64,000 bases of DNA from Paraphysomonas bandaiensis (GCA_965644295.1 CBFFRP010000457.1:161704-225703), one strand, 5' to 3'; shown: positions 11,908 through 25,403, counted from the stretch's first letter. Notes: generated by a model not told the origin, from the letters alone. Numbers and translations: made by a program.

Positions 11908-13113
11908 TATTGAATGTCTGATTATTAAGAAGCGCAAGCTTGTGCGTTGCCGCGACCAACCTAACAACTCGCGCGACACTATGCATAACATGACTCTCAT
12001 CTAGTTACTATTGCATGCACCGACAAGTGCTCAACTATACAACACGATTTAGTTAGCTACATGGGCATACGACGAGTTGCGTGTTTAAGCCGGATCATAC
12101 GCTCCTGCCCAATCTACTTGTCCTGACACAAACAACTTGCGGTCGGTGTCTTCGGCATATGTCTCCTGTATATGCGGCAGATCTTTAGGGCCCTCTTCAA
12201 GGTGGTGTTCACAGCAGCAGGTAGTCTGGAAGGGAGAATAAAGTAGCTCTAGCGCCGGGTCCTCCCACGGTCACGAAGCGGTCTCACTGGTGCAATTTTG
12301 CACACTGACGCATGAAACAGACATCTACCAAAATCTGTTACAAATTCAAGCTGACTCCGATGTCTTCCCTCCATTGTGTGCACTCGTCCAGCACATGCAT
12401 CCACCTTGCACTCTTCTCCCGAGTGACTTACACTAGTAGGAAACCGTGCACCTTCCCCGCTCGGATGAAAACCTACTAAGCAAGAATAACATAAAAGCAC
12501 CACAAATGTACCTGACACTGCTTGGAGAACAGTGCCAGAGCCTTGATATAATCTCAATGACCTGGGTCAGAGGAGAAACCAAGACTAGGCAGTAGACGTG
12601 TGAGAAGACATAACAGGTCCAATCACATCATTGTCATTGCCATGCATCCATGAGGAAAGTTTGACGCATTACCTCGGTCATTGGCCACACAGATACCGAA
12701 TAATGTGAACTCATACTCAGCATCAATCACTCAAAGCAAACGCAGGGAGCAAGCAGAATGTTGATATACCTGACATCTGCTGACTTCAGGTTTTTTGAGT
12801 TCTCAAGGTGAACATCCCGGATGCTTAACTTCAGCAGGCAGCCCAATACCCCGGTTACCCTTCTGGTGGGCCCTGTCCCGGATGCCCTTGAGGTGGGCCC
12901 ATTCCCGGATGCCTGTTTATTCGTCAGGGCCCAAAGACGTCTACACAAGTGACACTTATTAGTGTCCCTTGTACCACACAAGCATTTGGCTATGAGTGGG
13001 CAGAACATATATCTGCTGACTATGTTTGCGGCTCACGTTAGTTTCCCGGAGAAATATCTCCGGTACTTATCCCCCAGAACACCACGAAAGGTGCGAGTCC
13101 GACTTTGTTGAGG
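11908..13113 (-). mobile_element. Long (1.2 kb) non-autonomous retroposon, family R
   Basis: 15-bp TSD GTAATCGTTTTTATA (11893-11907, 13114-13128); no TIRs; 3' end taataatcagacattca. Confidence 0.8.
13028..13113 (-). ncRNA. Candidate HDV-like ribozyme fold at retroposon 5' end
   Basis: P2 CGG(A)CTCGC/GTGAGCCG, P3 ACC/GGT, L3 TTTCGT, P4 CCGGAGA/TCTCCGG, J4/2 CTAA. P1 and P1.1 are imperfect. Confidence 0.5.
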
Positions 13114-13479
13114 GTAATCGTTTTTATAATTCTAATCAGGAGCATCTCTATTTCCTTTAATAGCGAGTAACAAGCTAAATTTCTATACATTCTAAATATT
13201 ATAAACATTAGGCTTTTAGCATCATGAAGATATGATATGATACGTAAAAACTCTATTATCCTACGAGAACTGCTTGTGTGTTGCCGCAAACACCAAGGTA
13301 CGAATTCTCTCTATATTATTCATAGGAGTGTGTGTAGGGGACGTTTTACACGTATAGCATGACAAGTGAAAGCAGTGATCTACAGCCACACTGAAACTCT
13401 TGAGGCTACACATACATATTTACGGCAGGCACCAGAGGGGAAGCAGCAAATACCCTTTTGAGTACGTTCTTTACAGTCA

Positions 13480-14218
13480 AGTAATGAGTGTCTTATTATT
13501 AGCAACAACAGCAACTGCTTAACTATTATGCTTAGCTATGATATTATCCTACTATTTAACGTCACCGCAAGCACCAAGAGGTGCAACCGCTTTCGCTTCA
13601 TCACTCAGAGCGAACGCAGTGATCAAGCAGAATATATAGTAAATTTGATATACTACATGACATACATCTCTTGTAGCACCTATTGCTAAAATATAGCATG
13701 CATGGAAATGAGAGTGTAATGACGGACATAGAAAAAATACTCACACACATACAGATGGATGTATATGAATGTACCACTTTGACATATTTAATTCTTTCTA
13801 TCTGTTGCTCGAGAATAATTAGTACCAACTAACGCAGCTTATAATGTTCATATATGCGTATAGGATGTGGTGTGTATGCTATAATGATGATTGTAAGTGC
13901 ATAATATATATATTTTATATAAGTAAAACATACATAATATAGCTAATATAGCAGTCAGTAATTATATGATGTGAGTAATGTTGTGATGAGCATGATGATG
14001 ATAATAGTATAACATCATAATAAATATATATATATATAAAGTAGTGATGATGTTGTGTAAAATACATGTACGAGTATGTAAGTAGTAAAATGATGATATA
14101 TATTATTGCAGTGTCCCTTGTACCACACAAGCATTTGGCTACGGGTGGGCAGAACATTCTCGGGTTACTATATATAAGTAGCTCACTTTAATTTCCGGAG
14201 AAATACCTCAGGTACTTA
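13480..14218 (-). mobile_element. Interrupted family R copy (tail 13480-13640, head 14108-14218)
   Basis: Both pieces match family R; AT-rich sequence lies between; no TSD found. Confidence 0.6.
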
Positions 14219-14289
14219 TAATTGCATTCCTTGGGATGTACTGGTGCTTAATATTATATTATATATTATGCTAGATATAGAACAAAGCT

Positions 14290-14656
14290 CTATATCGAAG
14301 CACAATCTAATGTTGTTGAGAGGCACTTTAGTCGTACAAAGTTGATTATGACACCTGAGCGTAGAGACATGAACCATATTGTCTAGAATCATTGCTATTC
14401 CTACGAGCCAAAATTACATGTTGTGTGTTGTGGGATGCTGATACTCTCCATGAAGCCCTGCAAGAAGACCTATGTGCCGGTGGAGAGCGAGTAGTAGTTA
14501 CGCTTCGTAGTCTGTTATTTAACTAAATTAGTAATTAAGGGACCAGCACACTATCTATTAGGAGGGGTATTCTCTACTTAGTAGGTATTAATGGCCATTA
14601 TAATTGCCGGGAACTGGACTACCATTAACAGGCCATTTATGGTTACCAGGCCCTGG
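14290..14656 (+). mobile_element. hAT transposase 3' relic and terminus
   Basis: SNVVERHFSRTKLIMTPERRDM motif; ends ...ggccctg. A similar end occurs at 34225-34362. Confidence 0.6.
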
Positions 14657-15414
14657 TTTACAGATGGCACAACTATGAATTGAAGGGAAATAGAAGAATT
14701 GAAAGAAGTAAGTTTTTTGTCATTGCCGTTTTTTTGTTTCAGCTTTTAAGTAAGCCTATACACTATATTGACTTTAGGTCATTTTTAAAATTAAGATCAT
14801 TGAGAGATGTTTATTATTGTAATCCAGCTAGATAGACTATTTTATTAAATTGCATCCACAATTGTGAGTTGTCATGAAAAACATGTCGACAACATGATAA
14901 TTTAGTTTTCGTTCATGTCTACCACTGCTCAACTTCCGTATCGTGAATCGTCATGATACAATATATAGTATCTTTGACTACGTATTACTGTTTTTCACAT
15001 ACACAGCGATATTAAAGATTTTAGTGGTTCGACAGAGCTCGAGACTTTGTTGCCATACTTGCATGATATCTGTCAATCGAATATCAACCATGTTCGTATA
15101 AAATACAGGAGTATATTACTTAGCAAAACATATGAAGTTGGAAACTTCGTAATCAAATATAATTATACAATAACAGCATTTCAGGTTCGTGGGACAAGAG
15201 TCACCACATCCTATAATAAAACAGCTTATAATATTGCTCAGTATACAGGGCTGACATCATTATAAGCCTACTGCATGGGGCAAGATTCTCGTAATAAACT
15301 TCATATAAAATCTGACCAGCTGTATCTAATGATGTCGTAGCACAACACCGTGCTTACTCAGAAATAGTACTGTACATTCATAACCAATAAAACAATCCTA
15401 GAATTCCTACCCGT

Positions 15415-16815
15415 TTATATAATTCCACTATCAGCCACCTTACAGTTTCCAAATATTCTAGACAAGAAAGTCTGTGGCCGAGATTGCCGTGGCACCTCCA
15501 TAAGATATTCACCATCCTTAGTGACAGCATGTCGCATTGATGGCCGTTTCTCGTCATTCGAAATGACAGTAACTGTGACCCCAGTTTCCACAACTTCTGC
15601 GCTTTCAATCGCCTGAGGAGCTTCTGAAATAGGAATACCTTCATCGACAGGAACAATACGACTACTTCGTTTCGATTTCTCAGTACTGGAAGACAGTGAA
15701 TCAGCAGCAAGCGACACCGATGTGCATATCGTATGGTTTGTCGTCATAGATGAAGCATCGACGTCGTTCGCCTCCACTGTGTCTTTCTGTCCCTTACATA
15801 CACTCTTTATTCGACTTTGCCGTCTTGCTTTTGGATTATTTAATGGCACTCGCCGCACAAGAGCTGTAGTCTCTTTGACGTTGTGGATGACCTCCTTGGT
15901 AATCAAGTCCTGGATTGTAAAATGGGCCTTGGCATAAATGCTGGGAGAAACCCACAACTCTGTGTTCAACGCTTCTAGCAATGCCCACTCAAGAGCATTC
16001 ACGCGATCAATATGCAGGCCAGGAAACACTTGACAATAGTCACCGTTGATCATTGCGAAATCATCCCAAACTTTACTAGCCATCATCATGCCAGATAGAA
16101 CTACCCCTTTCCAATTTGTGTCGGTTAAAGTGAAAGTTCCATTGGAGAATTTAATCATTCGCTCAATGTAGACAAGAGTGACTACCATACATTCATACTC
16201 CATCTGAGTCTCAAAACATATTTTGTGAATAAAATTCGTGATCGCATCAATAGACGGCGCATTCGTTCCCTATAAGATATATTGTTACGACATATTTGAC
16301 GATGTAGACAGCGGGAATACAATGAATACAAAACTTACACTTGATAGAACATTCAACATTGAAAATCTTCTGATCGATCCTCCGGATGAAGCTCGCTTTC
16401 TTGATTGCTCAAAGGTTGAATATCGATCATCAGCAGCCCTCTCCGCATCAATTTTAGAACCAGAAAGAATTTTATTTCTTAGTAAGACACCCAAACACTT
16501 CGAAACAGTATACGGCGACACGACAACAGAGTCTAAACTCTTTGTTGTATCAGATGATATGTTCTCCGACCCCTCATCCCACTTCATCCACTCGTGTCGA
16601 CACAGTTTGCTGCTGCTCTCTTTCATTGAGTTAACAGCTGTTGCATGAACCACTGTGGTGTTACTGCGACCTCTCTCCACACTCACTGCAGTGGTTTCAA
16701 CATGAGAGTCGTTCTCAGGAACATAATTCATGGAACTAGAGCGGAAACGAGGGTCCTTATAAGCGGACTCCTCATGTGTAAAGTATTCAAAGTCTTCATT
16801 AGTATCTATAGCCAT
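15415..16815 (-). CDS. Cyclin Y / PHO80-like cyclin-box protein
   Basis: ECMVVTLVYIERM..MASKVWDD..NALEWALL; intron about 16270-16338. Confidence 0.8.
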
Positions 16816-17507
16816 CCTTGACCTTTAATAGGAGTGATGACTAGAGTAGAAGTGATGTGATAGGTAGAACAGCTGTGTATATATAGAGAGAGAGGCACGA
16901 TATCATACATACATGTATATACACACCCCAGTGCACAGCAGCGTATCGTTCGAGAGGGAGGAAGCATCCATAGGGTTCATATGGGGGGATCTCCACCAAC
17001 CATTCAATCGCTAACAGCACAGTCCGACAGATTCTATCCAATCATTTATCTATACTTAGTTTTCATTTGTTTATATCTTTTAGAGCAGTTATTGTATATA
17101 CTTCATCTGTACTACATCAAGAATACACCGTATTACATTAAGAATATTCTGGAGGTCCCCGACACCCACACCACCCTCAGGCCCTTCGTACGTACGTTCC
17201 CATGTCTAAGGTACGTGATACGGTGCATTCAGTATCAGTCCATCCTCCCTCCTACCTCAAGTCGAATGTGAAGTATGACGTGTGTGTATCCTGCTGCCTG
17301 TAATCTCATACTATACATACACAGTACAGACCCGCCCCATACCATACTATGGTCTTCATACTGCCCTGAAGTCTTAACTTCCTCCTATATATGCTTCTGT
17401 CTCTATATATACACGTATAGATGAGTGGATCACATGAACAGCCTCATATCACACACATACACACATACACACATATAACACCACAACACTCTCTCTAATC
17501 TCTCCCT

Positions 17508-19213
17508 ATGAACCAACAGCATCCCAATCAAGAGGACTCGACCTTCACAAGCATCGTCTCGTCTTTATTGTCCATTAAACGCAATAAGCCTCATGAAACC
17601 CTGCATACATATGCGAGTGACTATCACTCGAGTATTCTAAAGGAGGCGGAGTCGCTACGAGCCCTCCCTCATCCTCAAGTGGTGATCTCCGCGTCTTCTC
17701 CTCCTCCGAACTATCGTTCCAATCATAAAGCAGTGCATGACGAGAACTCATCAAGAAGAAGGAGTGCCTCTCACTCGACAGAGAATGATGTGTCATCTAC
17801 AGACAATGAAAGACATTTAAAGAGGAGTTCATGTTCGTATACACACACCAGCCCGGCCTCAGACATGATGAGGAGTGCGGAGGCTTTGGGCCCAACTGTG
17901 AATAACCCTAATCGAAAAAGACAAGCTATGTCTGACATGTATAAGACACACATGTGCTCTACAGATTTAACGAACAATATCCCACAACCGAACTGTCAGA
18001 TCCCTCTAGTTTCCTCCTCGTCGTCCACGGATGCAGATTTGGTGTCCTCGTCGACAGATGCTCAAGCCAGCGAACCCCGGCCGTCATCACCAGTAGGATC
18101 TGTAGGCATTGAAAGTCCCCGTGTCAGTAATCAACACACTCATTCTGGTTATTGGTGTGAAGTATATGGCTTCGATGCCTCAGATGTGAAAATTCAATAT
18201 TCTGATGGGACTGCTGACAATATTGGCCGAGGACTCAAATGCCCCGCTTCTGCAGCGGGTACTCAGTCGCGAAAGTGTTCGAAACTGGCTCGTAAAACGA
18301 GAACGGGTTTCCGAAATATGGGATCCATTCCCGTCCCTCTAAAAGCCGAGGACATTAAAGAGGAGGTAGCAGCGTCGGAATCGTCTATCACGAATTCATT
18401 TATTTCACAACTGCAACAGCAAGGAGTGGGACAAACTTTGTCCCGTGATAAGGTTGATATCTGTAAATTGTCAGAGGTAGCGCAGATGTCGGGAACTGAC
18501 AACTCAGGGGGATACTGGCAGTGGATACCCGCGTCATCACCGACTTCTCAGAGCCTTCCGGATGGAAAACACGTCCCTGATACGGCCGGGGAGGTAGAGC
18601 GCACTCATCAGACGAAAGTTGCAATGGAACCGTGTCGAAACATGGGCTCTGGGAATTTTTGTAATGTTCCTCCCCCTATCTCTGTACTAGCGTTATATTC
18701 CGCTTCCAGTGGTATAGATAGAGTCGCCCATGACCGAAACGGTGTTGTGGAGATAACAGATGGCTATAAACTTAGCCCACTTGCATGGAAAACTATTGAC
18801 GCTGCAACCACTGTTTCAGGGACGCGATCATCCATTTGGAACGAGGTAATTGTTCATCTGAAAGCTATCATGATCTTGTATAAACCTATATCCACGTAAG
18901 TGTAAAATTGATAATATTAATGTGTAGAGCAAACAAATCGTGTGAGTGATGTACCAGATGTGGATAAGTCAGGATATAACGAAAGAATACGAAATGTGTT
19001 TGTTAAAAACACTCCCTGAAGAGCACGTGCTTCTCCCGCCCGGCTATGTCTATGCAGAATATACGTGTCACTGTTTCTGAAGTTTAATTTCGGTGGTATC
19101 ACCTCTATATTACCAAGCTAAAGATGTTTTTTTATAAATGATTACAGTATCCCTGGCCTCGTCCACCTGAAGCTGTGGTTTCGAACGAATTTATGTCATG
19201 CTATGTGTACTAA
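17508..19213 (+). CDS. Ser-rich hypothetical protein
   Basis: 463-aa ORF; probable intron 18847-19147 and last exon YPWPRPPE. Confidence 0.6.
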
Positions 19214-19599
19214 TCTATGCAGACTCTAGGTTGTGTCAGTCTCCATGGAATTGTACAACCCGACATGTTATGTGCAACTGAAATTGCAAAGAAAACATTT
19301 AACGTGGCCAATATGCCACACATGGACTATAAGTATGAAATAGATTTGTATGTATTTTGAATAATTAATAAACTATGTTTTGTTATCATATTTTATCACA
19401 TGGCACACGTTGTTGTCGTAGCAATCGTTGTATTTCAATATATACTAGTACGATTATGTCAGTATTCAACAAAATGTCTTGTACATAGTCATGCGGAGAA
19501 TAACTGTTGATTGATATCGTTATTGTTACTTTTGTTTTTTCCTAGGTAGGCTTAGGAAAGAGAGTAAAACTATGATGATAGGAGGAGGAAGTAGTCCTT

Positions 19600-20949
19600 G
19601 CAAAACAAATTCGTATCACTAGCTTTTGTATTTTCAGTTCCTTCGTATATGTGTTCATTTCCTTCTCCTATTTTTATAGTTGATTGTTTTTTGAACTCTG
19701 CATTCATGAGCTCGATGTCCAGATACGCCACACACAAAACATCCATCATCATCAGCGCCATTTTTTGACTTACTTCTTTTGGATTCTGCTTGTTCTCTTC
19801 GATGCTTGTTTTTACCATTGCGCTTCATTTGGGAGATCTTCAGATCCTTCTTCTTCATCCAGCAGTTCTTCTGAGTGTGACCTCGTTTTCCACATTTAGA
19901 GTATGAGCATGTTATCTCTTGATCAGAAGAATTCCAATGTACTTCCGGTGCTGAAGACTCCTGTGGTAGACCCTTTGCCTGGTCGAAGCGCCTACAAATG
20001 GTGATCATCTCATTAAATGAAATATCACCTTTCAGGTAGATGTTTGTGTACAGCTGCTCCAGATCCTTCCTCGTTTCCAGCGCAGTCTGCAGCTTCGTTT
20101 TTTTGGATACGTCAGTTGGCGGCTCACCAAGTTCCGTCATTTTTTGGACAATTCCGTTCAGTCGATCAATGGCTGTACACACCAGCTCCCCCTGTAGAAT
20201 TCAAACTGTTTATTCAGTTCCACCAATTCGTACTGGGTTTCCCCACGAAATCTAATAACCAATTTATTTACCAATTCACTTGCTAATATCTCCTTATCAG
20301 GATCATCAGGTGGAAGCATGTCCTTCTCTCGGAAGTATTGATCAACAATCTCAAGCGCCTCCGCAACAGGTTGAACAGCTTCGAAGATGGAACTGATGCA
20401 GGTGTCTTTCCTCTCCAACCACTTGTCGAGGTCTTCCTTATACTTGTTTTTTACAGCTGTGGACGCATTGTCAGCAGGTCGATGCGGTCGCTCTTCCAAT
20501 CCAAGATGGTTCCGACTCTTTCTCATGAGCCAAACTCTCAATCGCTTCGTCCAGTTCACAACACCGAACTGATCGAACTTCGGAAGGTGTCTCCATTCCG
20601 AACTACTTGCGGAACTACCGTCCGTTACCATATCAAGGTTTGACATTATATGAGAAGTATTAACTTAACAACAGAAGGTAACTTATACTCAATGCTGAGA
20701 ATTATAAATTATAATCAATATCTTTTATCATTCATCAATATCATGTTGTCTCTACTACCACTCATTTCTCGTACGACGATCTTACATCGTCACTACAACT
20801 TGCATCGTCACTATATTCCGTTTTACCGCTATATGCTTATCGTCATTCATTCTCACAATACGATTAACAAGACTACAACTGTATACTACAGTAATTTAAA
20901 TACCTTATAACTACAGCTTTCAATTGCTCTCATATAGCAGAACTCAACA
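19600..20949 (-). mobile_element. Truncated copia: 5' LTR (20631-20949) + frameshifted gag
   Basis: Gag closely similar to 58934-60040, with two CCHC knuckles; LTR related to the 320-bp LTR. Confidence 0.9.
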
Positions 20950-21330
20950 CATGTGAATAGTGTTCGCTCCCAGTAGACCATAATACACAACGTCTGGGCC
21001 GAAATTTTATATGTCAACTCCTCCTTCCTTATGGCCACGAAAAATACCGTTGGAATATACGTATTTACCATATTTAGAGGCCGTTCATGATTTCTATGTT
21101 AGATACACCGAGAGAAACAGTGCTTATGATCATACTGACTTTCTTTATATTCTCATTAGGGATGTAGAAGCTAAAATTTTAAATTACTATTGAAGATAGT
21201 AATACCGACCCTGGTTGTTAGCTGTGAGTAATGCGAATGATGATTTTAAACAGCGGTGGTACATCGAAGATGATAGTCAAGCATCAAGCAGGCAATTTAT
21301 TAGATCTATTCGATGCAGCGTTGCAAGTTA
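20950..21330 (+). repeat. Duplicate of the CK1-like gene stop codon and 3' flank (27692-28072)
   Basis: Near-identical ~380-bp segments starting catgtgaatag. Confidence 0.9.
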
Positions 21331-21426
21331 CTGATTAGAGATACTATATATTGTACAATACATTGCAATAGTATTGTTGGACCGCTTTTAAAACCCCACC
21401 CATGCTATAGATGGGACTCTATGTAG

Positions 21427-22699
21427 CAGGGATAGGGAACAATATATTGCAATACTATTGTTAGGTAGCGTTCCATCAATAGTATTGATGGATTTTTTAA
21501 ACCGGCCCTACAATACTATTGCAATATATTGCAATATATTGTACAATATATTGCAATATATTAGTATGACTAATCAGTAAGTAAACACATCCGTAGTTTT
21601 CATTTTTAGTACTTGCCATATTTTATAAGGTCTAAGGTCACTTGATAATCAAACCCACTACTCTTAACTAATTAAAAGTTTCCTCATACTCATCCTCTGA
21701 GCCATCATCGGTGACATCATCATCACCATATTCATTCAATATTGATTGAAATATGCTTGCATCCGGCCACAACTGTCGGTTAGCTTTCAGAAACAACAGC
21801 ATATTAAGTGTAGTAGGATGCATACGTTTGCGCAACACTGATATAATCAGTTTTGCTGCGCTGAACAGGCGTTCACACGTATTGGAAGTACATACTACAT
21901 GACTCGTGCACCTGTACTTAGATATTTCAACTTTTCGCTTCTTAAGTTTTTGAGCTGATTGAAGAATTTTTTCCGCATAGCCAACTTTAGCTTCATCATC
22001 CTCTGTATTGTTGCAATAATCACTGTCTGAACGGAGATATATTCTAACAGCATCTTTCTCAGATCTTGTCAAGTCCAATTCTTCGCCTGCTTGGAGTTTT
22101 GCAATTCCATTCTCGAAATTCGGATCATTAACAATGGGACTGTTTTTCTGTAAAGCAGATAGTGGATACTTTGGCCTAAAGTCCCTCAATAAGCCATCAA
22201 ATATGTTCCGGCATTCATAAAGATTCACTTGACTTGATCCTCCAGTTTGAAGCAATTTCGAGACGCTTTCAAACTTCCTCAGGTCGTCTACAAGGGCGAT
22301 TATTTCGGTATTCTGTCATCATTCAGTTGTCTCTTCTTGTCACTATAGGATATATATACTATATTAAGAGAAGTACTGTACATACATGTGGAGAGGTGTA
22401 GAGTGCTGTTTGAGCTGGCGATACATAAAAAATAGAAAATAACATCAAAAATAGGCTTTTTTTCTTATTTTCCGGATATTTGTATACAGAGGCGTATATT
22501 TTGCACCATACAGTTGAGGATCTTCTCTTATATGACTATCATAATATTGATTGCAATATATTGCAATAGTATTGTGAGCTCTATTAACAGAAACACTATT
22601 GATGGAATATTTGACCAGTCCACCAATCAATATATTTTACAATATATTGCAATATATTGTACAATATATTGCAATACAATATATTGTTCCCTATCCCTG
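21427..22699 (-). mobile_element. Internally deleted hAT DNA transposon
   Basis: TIRs CAGGGATAGGGAACAATATATT; 8-bp TSD CTATGTAG; subterminal caatatattg repeats. ORF 21668-22255 has hAT dimerisation motif TSNTCERLFS..LLFLKAN. Confidence 0.92.
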
Positions 22700-23024
22700 C
22701 TATGTAGCAGTAGTATTGCAGTACATTGTTCGCTAGCCCTGGTCCCCACTAATTGAAAAATATGAAATATGGATATTTCAAATTTAGAAAGGGACTAAAT
22801 TCGGCACGCCCTTAAACTTTATAAATTCTTTAGTTATGAAATGAAATACACAGTACAATCATACTGATTTGGCTGTCCATTATTCTACATGAATCCATCT
22901 ACTAACTGAACCGGTAGCTAATTATAGATATCACCACTCGTTCGCGGTATAACACCCAGAAAACAACAGGTGGCTATAGGTATGTGACAGCCGGAAGGTA
23001 AGCACCACAGGTAGTACATATATC

Positions 23025-23507
23025 TCATATTGTATACCTATGTACCACCCCATTTCCAATTAAAGCGAAGCATAGAGCAGCTATTACAACAACCAGGAGG
23101 AAGATAACACACCCGACTGCAATATATTTCAAGAAGTTATAATTACACTCCATTCTTTGTATATTTTCCAAAATATCATCTTGTCCTTGTTTTAGATGAG
23201 GCAAATATTCATTTATCTGCTCAGACATGCGAGACTGAGAATCAAGCACTGTCGCTATATCTGATTCAGTTCTTTCAGTAATGACTTTTGTTGCATTGAT
23301 CTCTGCTTTATTTTCTAACAGAAGTTTCTTTAATTCTTCATAATTAGCGTTAGATGTATTTTTCAGACCAATTATGAGTTCGGCCAGATAGTTTGTTTCA
23401 GAACTGTGACCCTTACGACCAACCACAGTGAAATCGGTATCACGTTTCGATGCACGAACATCATCAAGTGTTACGACACTGCTCATTTCTCTTCGACTGT
23501 ATACCAC
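23025..23507 (-). CDS. Intronless coiled-coil protein with C-terminal TM anchor
   Basis: 160-aa ORF; heptad region then a hydrophobic tail. Confidence 0.5.
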   Translation of the reverse strand: MVYSRREMSSVVTLDDVRASKRDTDFTVVGRKGHSSETNYLAELIIGLKNTSNANYEELKKLLLENKAEINATKVITERTESDIATVLDSQSRMSEQINEYLPHLKQGQDDILENIQRMECNYNFLKYIAVGCVIFLLVVVIAALCFALIGNGVVHRYTI

Positions 23508-23700
23508 TTCGACAATTGTTTCAACGCAACTAAGGGGGCGTAACTATGCAATCTTGACTGGTCTAAAGGTCGGGGCCTTTTATGGGGTGGGGTAAAAAAA
23601 ACACCATATGCATTGCTCTTCTCGTCCACCATATACAGCAGTATACTGCGGACTACGCTTTTTCTCATCCCTCCCGAATTCCAAGAATAATATTTTCGTT

Positions 23701-23834
23701 TCAGCATTCTTTGTATATTTTTGTTCAAAGATGCCTCATATATTGAGACAACAATTATCTGAATTACAGCCGTAGTTGTATGTTAGTAATATAGATAAAT
23801 TTTGCTTCAATATATTCCCGAAAAATAAGATGCA
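23701..23834 (+). mobile_element. ~140-bp MITE-like repeat (family P)
   Basis: Matches copies at 25404, 36832, 37101 and 53325. Confidence 0.75.
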
Positions 23835-23963
23835 TACATACCTATAGCACATGTCAGCAGGACATATATTCACATACACATCCATTGATGGAACCCTATC
23901 TATTAACCAATCCAACACACCAGCATCATGTTATCAGATTTATTTTGCGATGATGTTGAAGAT

Positions 23964-24470
23964 TGTCCCATTCCGAGAACGTACCCTAGTGAAGTGCTAG
24001 TGTTGACTAAGCTAAGTAATGTATAGATTATTAATAATAATCTCAGCGTATTCTTTGTATGTCGGCACCAAGAAAGCTCTAGCTAGATCTACACTATACT
24101 TGCATAGCCTATATGAGAATACGAGAAACCCCGCGCACTCTAGGGGAGGGAGGGGGGGTGGCCAATGTCACACTAGACCTATACTGAGTCATGCATGGTC
24201 AAGAGAATCCCCGCGTAATCATTGTTAGGTAATGATGGGAAGGTAGAAGGTACACATGGTCCTAATAGAATCTGCGCGAATTACATATATAAAAGTCATG
24301 CATAGTTATGAGAAATCCTACGTATTCTCAGCAAAGGTTAACACAGGTGGGGGCGGCAACAGAATCTGTGCGTGATCTATGTGGTATGTGGTCAGCTACG
24401 TTTGTACACGGGTTGATGGGTAGTGGTGTACAGCCAGCCTACACTGTGGCCACGCCTTCGGAATGGGGCA
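23964..24470. mobile_element. MITE family H (TIR TGCCCCATTCCGAG)
   Basis: TIRs and internal identity with the 33058 and 39139 copies. Confidence 0.8.
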
Positions 24471-25403
24471 ATGTCAGCTTTGGATAGTTGTCTCATCATT
24501 GTGGTTTCTCTACAAATGTAACACAATGAAGTATGTAGAATATAATGAACAATGAACATACATATGGCTGTCAATATCAAAATAAAAACAGAAGTGAGTT
24601 TCTGCTGAACCGAATATTGAATTTGAATGTCTACATTTGCCCGGTGCTGATATTAGCACTCTGTTGAGCCCAATTCAGGTAAAACAGAAAGAATTTTATT
24701 TAGACATAAATGGGGATAATAGGATAATATGATAACGTTAAATTGTCAACCCTTACATACAGCTGTATTTTAAGTTATAATTTAATATACACCTTTATTT
24801 ATTATCCCATATCGCTTCTTACAATTAAATACAGTAAATCGAATAATGTAATATGAATTTTATGGAGATAGTGAAGCCCATCAATGTAGCACATAACGAT
24901 GAAAGTTATCTCCATTTAATTAATTGAAGTGGTGTTTACAGTTACAGAGTTCAGCTATCGAATATGGAATGCATCATTATGTATAACGTACACTGAGTCA
25001 ATTCATAGCACCATATGGGCATATCTGTACAACAATGAGGCTTATCATGCTCGATATGAACCACACTGTCCTGCACTGGGGCTACAGTGTATGGGCCCCT
25101 CTATGAGGGCGGTCCCTTCGTATGATCCCTCTTATACTGGGGAATGAGGGGCTTAGCTTAAGCCATGCATGACCAGCTGAGTCATGCAAGGGACGCCTGC
25201 CACTACTTGAAACTCCTGCACGTCATGCAGATGGGACAGTAGGGCGGCTCTCACAGATCCTGCGGGTGATCTATACAGTCATCCATGTTGATAAAATGGT
25301 GAGTGAGTGCATAGAATCATGGAGTTATAGTGAATGTGAGCCCTCATGATGACCACACTGCTGCCTGTCGCTCTGTGGTGGGAATGATGCAGTGGACTCG
25401 ACT

